DNA from: an uncultured Lachnospiraceae bacterium
GTDB lineage: Bacteria; Bacillota; Clostridia; Lachnospirales; Lachnospiraceae
DNA length: 64,000 nt
Assembly (NCBI GenBank): GCA_900554925.1
Contig: USJG01000001.1
Coordinates: 21,182 to 85,181 of the forward strand
Reading direction: 5' to 3'
Below, one piece after another: positions 59,757 to 64,000 of the stretch (the stretch's first letter is position 1; every line of letters starts with the position of its first letter). The notes under the pieces are model-generated. The model did not search any database. It was not told where the DNA came from and saw only the letters and a program-made list of their open reading frames with translations. A program made the position numbers and the translations under genes.

Positions 59757-60869
59757 ATGGAATTTATACCTGTAAATACACCGCTTCTGAACGGAAATGA
59801 GAAGAAATATTTATGTGAATGTGTTGAAACCGGTTGGATTTCTTCAGAGGGAAGTTTTGTCAAAAGACTTGAAACGGGAATAGCAGACTATGTGGGAAGA
59901 AAATATGGTATTGCAGTATGCAATGGATCCGTTGCATTAGACCTTGCAGTAGAAGCATTACAGCTTGAGCAGGGAGATGAGGTTATTATGCCGACATTTA
60001 CCATTATATCCTGTGCGGCATCACTGGTAAGAAAAGGGATTAAGCCTGTTCTGGTAGATGCAGACCCTAAGACATGGAATATGGACGTGTCTCAAATAGA
60101 AGATAAGATTACAGACAAAACCAAGGCAATCATGGTAGTTCATTTGTATGGTTTACCAGTAGATATGGATGTTGTCATAGATATTGCAAACAGGCATCAT
60201 TTGTATATTATCGAAGATGGAGCAGAGGCGCATGGGCTTGAGTACAAGGGCAAAAAATGTGGCAGCTTTGGAGATATTAGTGCTATGAGTTTTTATCCCA
60301 ATAAGCATATTACTACAGGAGAAGGCGGTATGGTGCTGGTTGATGATGAGAAGTTGAAAGAGCGATGCAATTCGTTTCGAAATCTTTGTCATTCACCTGG
60401 CAGAAGGTTCTATCATGAGGAGTTGGGATATAACTTTCGTATGTCAAATATTCAGGCTGCAGTAGGGGTAGCGCAGTTGGAAAAAATTGAGGAACACTTA
60501 AAACTGAAACGGGCATTAGGGGCAAGTTATCAGGAAAAACTTAAAAATGTTGAAGGATTACAGCTTCCGGTAGAAAGAACTGATTATGCAGAAAATCTGT
60601 ATTGGGTATTTGGAATAGTACTGGATGAAAGTATACCTATGAATGCCATAGACATGATGAGTAAGCTGGCGAAGAGAAATATAGGGTGTCGTCCGTTTTT
60701 TTATCCCATGCATTTACAGCCTGTATTCAGAAAGATGGGCCTGTTTGCAGGAGAATCATATCCTGTGGCAGAAAAGTTGGGAGAACGCGGATTCTATGTG
60801 CCTAGTGGCTTGACGGTTACGGAAGAACAGAGAGAATATATTGCAGAACAAGTAATAGCATGTTTATAA
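59757..60869 (+). CDS. DegT family aminotransferase, perosamine synthase-like
   Basis: IPVNTP, GWISSEG, EDGAEAHG, SFYPNKHITTGEGG, GYNFRMSNIQAA, RPFFYP; start at ATG 59757 after SD GAGGAG. Confidence 0.82.
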   Translation: MEFIPVNTPLLNGNEKKYLCECVETGWISSEGSFVKRLETGIADYVGRKYGIAVCNGSVALDLAVEALQLEQGDEVIMPTFTIISCAASLVRKGIKPVLVDADPKTWNMDVSQIEDKITDKTKAIMVVHLYGLPVDMDVVIDIANRHHLYIIEDGAEAHGLEYKGKKCGSFGDISAMSFYPNKHITTGEGGMVLVDDEKLKERCNSFRNLCHSPGRRFYHEELGYNFRMSNIQAAVGVAQLEKIEEHLKLKRALGASYQEKLKNVEGLQLPVERTDYAENLYWVFGIVLDESIPMNAIDMMSKLAKRNIGCRPFFYPMHLQPVFRKMGLFAGESYPVAEKLGERGFYVPSGLTVTEEQREYIAEQVIACL

Positions 60870-60909
60870 CATGGTAATGTTTGAATAGAAGATGAACATT
60901 AGGAGGATA

Positions 60910-61791
60910 ATGATAGAAATGAAAGATACGCCTGTTTTTTCAGTAATAATACCAACGTTTAACAGAGAGAAAATATTGAGTAGAGCGATAGACAGTATTT
61001 TGGCACAAACCTTTGGTGATTTTGAACTGATTATTGTGGACGATGGATCAATAGATAAGACAGGAGAACTTGTAAGAAATTATAAAGACGAACGAATCAA
61101 ATATGTTTATAAAGAAAATGGAGGACAGAATTCAGCGCTTAATGTGGGACTGAAAGAAGCCAGAGGTCGCTTTGTTGCTTTTTGCGACTCAGATGACACA
61201 TGGATGCCATTAAAACTTGAGCGTACTTATGAAAAATACATGGAGGATGAGGATGTCAGTGTAGTATATTGCTGGACTGGCATTGAGAGAAATGGTCAAG
61301 TAGAATTAGCCAGAAATGATTATTTAGAAGGCAATATTTATAAAGAAGTATTAACACAAGGTTATCTTACATCACCAACATTTTTGTCATGTAAGAAAAG
61401 CTGTTTTGAAACAATAGGAGAGTTTGATTTAAAGGTAATTAACTGTCAAGATGATGATTTTTGCTTTAATCTGTGCAGATATTTTAAGGTTGCATTAATA
61501 AAAGAAATACTTGGAGTTTATTATAGTGATGTAGATAACCGAAAGAGTTCAATGAAAAAAACAGCAGCAGACAGTTACTTATTTTTGTGGGAGAAGCATA
61601 AGGATGAAGTTTTGAGAGTATGTGGTAAGGAGGTTTTAGCAGACAGATATTTTAAGGCGTCTATGAAATACCTGATGATAAAAGATTTTGAAAAGGCAAA
61701 AGAAATTTATCATAGGGCAATCAGTAATAATAATATTAAGCTGTTAAATAAAATTAAGTGGTGGAGTTTATATATAAGAAGTTTGGTTTGA
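60910..61791 (+). CDS. GT2 glycosyltransferase
   Basis: FSVIIPTFNR, VDDGSID, FCDSDD, QDDD. Confidence 0.88.
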   Translation: MIEMKDTPVFSVIIPTFNREKILSRAIDSILAQTFGDFELIIVDDGSIDKTGELVRNYKDERIKYVYKENGGQNSALNVGLKEARGRFVAFCDSDDTWMPLKLERTYEKYMEDEDVSVVYCWTGIERNGQVELARNDYLEGNIYKEVLTQGYLTSPTFLSCKKSCFETIGEFDLKVINCQDDDFCFNLCRYFKVALIKEILGVYYSDVDNRKSSMKKTAADSYLFLWEKHKDEVLRVCGKEVLADRYFKASMKYLMIKDFEKAKEIYHRAISNNNIKLLNKIKWWSLYIRSLV

Positions 61792-61805
61792 AAGGATGCC
61801 TTAAT

Positions 61806-62780
61806 ATGTATAAGTTAAGGAATATCATGCTAATTAATAGAATTAGAAGAAAATACAAAACAATCAAAAGAGAGAAAAGGGATAATAGGATTTTTTATAT
61901 TATTAAAAGAGATGATCCCAATGTGGGTATATTTTCTTGTATTTTGACATTTTTGTCACATTTGCGTTATGCAGAAGAGAAGGGATATATTCCGGTAATA
62001 GATATGATGAATTTTGATAATGAATATCTATATGAAGATGATATTGGTAAAAAGAACGCATGGGAATTTTATTTTCAACAACCAGCACAAGTTTCTCTGG
62101 ATATAGCTTATAGTAGTAAAAAAGTAAAAATGTCTAATGGACATTTTAAAGAAGAATATATGCCCAGTGAAGCATTCTTAAACAGTAGAAAAGCAGATGA
62201 CTATATGTTGTGGAAGAATTTGTGGGACAAGTATATTCACTATAATAGTGAAACTCAAAAGTATTTAGAGGAAGAATATAAAGCAATATATAACCAATGT
62301 GGAGGAGAAAGTATTTTGGGTGTTTTGTGCAGGGGAACAGACTATTTTCACTATACAAAAGCACAAAGCGGAGATCATATTACAGAAAAATTAAACTTGG
62401 TTATAGAAAAAGTGCGAAAAACTGCCAAAGAAAGACAATGTAAATGGATATTTCTGGCAACGGAAGATAAAGATATTTTACAAATGTTCATCGATGCTTT
62501 CGGTAAAAGCTGTATTTACATAGATGACGAAAGGTTGAACTCAAAGGAAGAAAAGTTATTGGGACAAGCATGGAAAGAAAATCATATTGATTTAAGAAAA
62601 AAAGGATTGAATTATATTTTGAATTTTTATATATTATCGCATTGTAAATGTTTTGTTGGAACAAGAACCAGTGCATCTGTATTTTTACCAATAGTCGGAA
62701 ATATGGAATATATGTTTTTCTATGACTTAGTTAATATCGAAAGAGAAATAGAAGGAGAATTTAATGAAGGATGCTGCTAA
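61806..62780 (+). CDS. GT23/NodZ/O-fucosyltransferase-like GT-B protein
   Basis: GIFSC, NAWEFYFQQP, LGVLCRGTDY, IFLATED, ILSHCKCFVGTRTS. Confidence 0.6.
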   Translation: MYKLRNIMLINRIRRKYKTIKREKRDNRIFYIIKRDDPNVGIFSCILTFLSHLRYAEEKGYIPVIDMMNFDNEYLYEDDIGKKNAWEFYFQQPAQVSLDIAYSSKKVKMSNGHFKEEYMPSEAFLNSRKADDYMLWKNLWDKYIHYNSETQKYLEEEYKAIYNQCGGESILGVLCRGTDYFHYTKAQSGDHITEKLNLVIEKVRKTAKERQCKWIFLATEDKDILQMFIDAFGKSCIYIDDERLNSKEEKLLGQAWKENHIDLRKKGLNYILNFYILSHCKCFVGTRTSASVFLPIVGNMEYMFFYDLVNIEREIEGEFNEGCC

Positions 62781-63906
62781 AAATCCTGTTATATTAAGTA
62801 TTTGCATTCCCACACTTGGAGGAAGTGATAGACTGGAAACAGGACTAAAAAGGATACTCAGTTATCAGGGAGAGGATATTGAAATTATTATTTCTGATAA
62901 TGATAGTGAAGGGAAATTGCAAGAAGTTATTGATAAATTTTCGGATAAAAGATTACATTATTATGCAAATGAACATAATTACGGACCTTTCTATAATTGG
63001 ATTAAAGTACTGACATACGGGAAAGGGAAGTACTTGTTAACATTAAACGATAATGATTGGATTCTTAATGACAATCTGCCAGAAATTTTAAATTTTTTGG
63101 ACGAAGAAGAAGCTAGTGTAATTGTAAGTAATGCAAGAAATAATGGAGGGATTTCATATACTGAGGGTGCAAGAAATGGATATAGCTGTACAGGTGAAGA
63201 AACGCATCCCAGTTGCTTTATGATAAAGAAAGATAAATTTTGCCTGATTAAGGATGTTATTTCATTAAAAGACAAAGTGCAGTCATATGTGCAATGTACT
63301 TTAGCACTTATTTGTTGCAAAAATGATAAGGTTTGTATTAATAGAAAAATAGGTATTATCGAAATGCCTAATCAAGATTATTATATTTCCCATATAGGAA
63401 GAGCCACTAAGGAAATAACGGGAACAAATGGAGGCTTTTACTATACGCCTGCAGGCGCATTGGCAATGCTTAGTGGTTATATTGATATTTGTAAGACTTA
63501 CTACTCTGTCAATGAATTAAATCGAATGATACCATATTTATATAAGGCACAGTTAAAAAGAGCAACGGTTGAGTATAAGGCTAGTTCTACAAGTAAAGTC
63601 ATGACGATTCGATATGGACTTCCATACAGAACGGACATAAATTTAAATAAAGAAAGAAAGTTATTTTATAAAAATACGAAAAAATTACTGCTAGAAGGGA
63701 ACTATAGTAGGGGAGTTAAAGCAAAGGTTTGGCTTTTTACTCTTTGGGATAAATATAGTACAGATATAAAATTAATGATTAGTGGATTAGAAGAAACAAT
63801 TCATTATTGTGTGGAAAGATATTCATGGGCTAAGCAAATTCAAAAAAGCTGGAGAGTAATAAGAGACAAGGTAAAACATAAATTAAAAAGGAGTGAAAAC
63901 AAGTGA
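62764..63906 (+). CDS. GT2 glycosyltransferase
   Basis: LSICIPT, IISDNDS, NYGPFYNW, LNDND. Confidence 0.82.
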   Translation: MKDAAKNPVILSICIPTLGGSDRLETGLKRILSYQGEDIEIIISDNDSEGKLQEVIDKFSDKRLHYYANEHNYGPFYNWIKVLTYGKGKYLLTLNDNDWILNDNLPEILNFLDEEEASVIVSNARNNGGISYTEGARNGYSCTGEETHPSCFMIKKDKFCLIKDVISLKDKVQSYVQCTLALICCKNDKVCINRKIGIIEMPNQDYYISHIGRATKEITGTNGGFYYTPAGALAMLSGYIDICKTYYSVNELNRMIPYLYKAQLKRATVEYKASSTSKVMTIRYGLPYRTDINLNKERKLFYKNTKKLLLEGNYSRGVKAKVWLFTLWDKYSTDIKLMISGLEETIHYCVERYSWAKQIQKSWRVIRDKVKHKLKRSENK

Positions 63907-64000
63907 GCCAAGATTTGAAGAGAGAAATTGAACGATTAGTCAGAGAATACTATAAGCAATATCATCAGGAAGACAGGGATTTTTTTGTTGGTGATCGCAT
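63903..64000 (+). CDS. rfbH: 5' end of an RfbH/DdhC-like CDP-4-keto-6-deoxyglucose 3-dehydratase (truncated by the window edge)
   Basis: GTG start overlapping the upstream TGA, with SD AGGAG; translation VSQDLKREIERLVREYYKQYHQEDRDFFVGDR resembles the Firmicute RfbH N-terminus; only about 32 codons visible. Confidence 0.5.
   Translation, partial: MSQDLKREIERLVREYYKQYHQEDRDFFVGDR

Noticed and set aside
173..63320. Numerous minus-strand and short alternate-frame ORFs in the ORF track (e.g. 815-1339, 10012-10686, 45750-46340)
   Set aside because: All overlap well-supported + strand genes and show no recognisable motifs; they are shadow ORFs.
1..64000. CRISPR arrays, tRNA/rRNA, IS elements, invertible promoters, prophage or defence genes
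   Set aside because: Intergenic gaps are mostly under about 100 bp; no repeat arrays, transposase or recombinase motifs were recognised.

Overview
The window lies inside one very large surface-glycan (EPS/CPS/cell-wall polysaccharide) biosynthesis locus, probably from a Firmicute (Lachnospiraceae/Clostridia-like, inferred from protein style, SD sequences and a sigma-A promoter). It holds about 59 tightly packed CDSs, all on the + strand, and is truncated at both ends (asnB-like amidotransferase at left, RfbH-like gene at right). Contents: a priming sugar transferase, a Wzy-like polymerase, two MsbA/PglK-type ABC flippases, many GT2/GT4 enzymes and a GT26-GT4 fusion. It also has an unusually large fucosyltransferase-like set (six GT11, one GT10, one GT23/NodZ-like), a GT17 GnT-III-like enzyme and several rare amino-sugar pathways (VioA+WbqC, WbpB/D/E, perosamine-type aminotransferase with a TylM1-like methyltransferase, RfbH). 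Modifying enzymes include a pyruvyltransferase, a TupA ATP-grasp, an acyltransferase-3, a radical SAM protein and a GH88/105 hydrolase. The most novel-looking element is a six-gene module at 50.4-57.3 kb (MBOAT, SGNH-like, VTC polyphosphate polymerase, DUF4956, degenerate CotH, intact CotH kinase), which may be a polyphosphate-linked extracellular glycan or surface phosphorylation system. No RNA genes, CRISPR arrays or mobile elements were recognised. All family calls come from motif recognition, not database searches.
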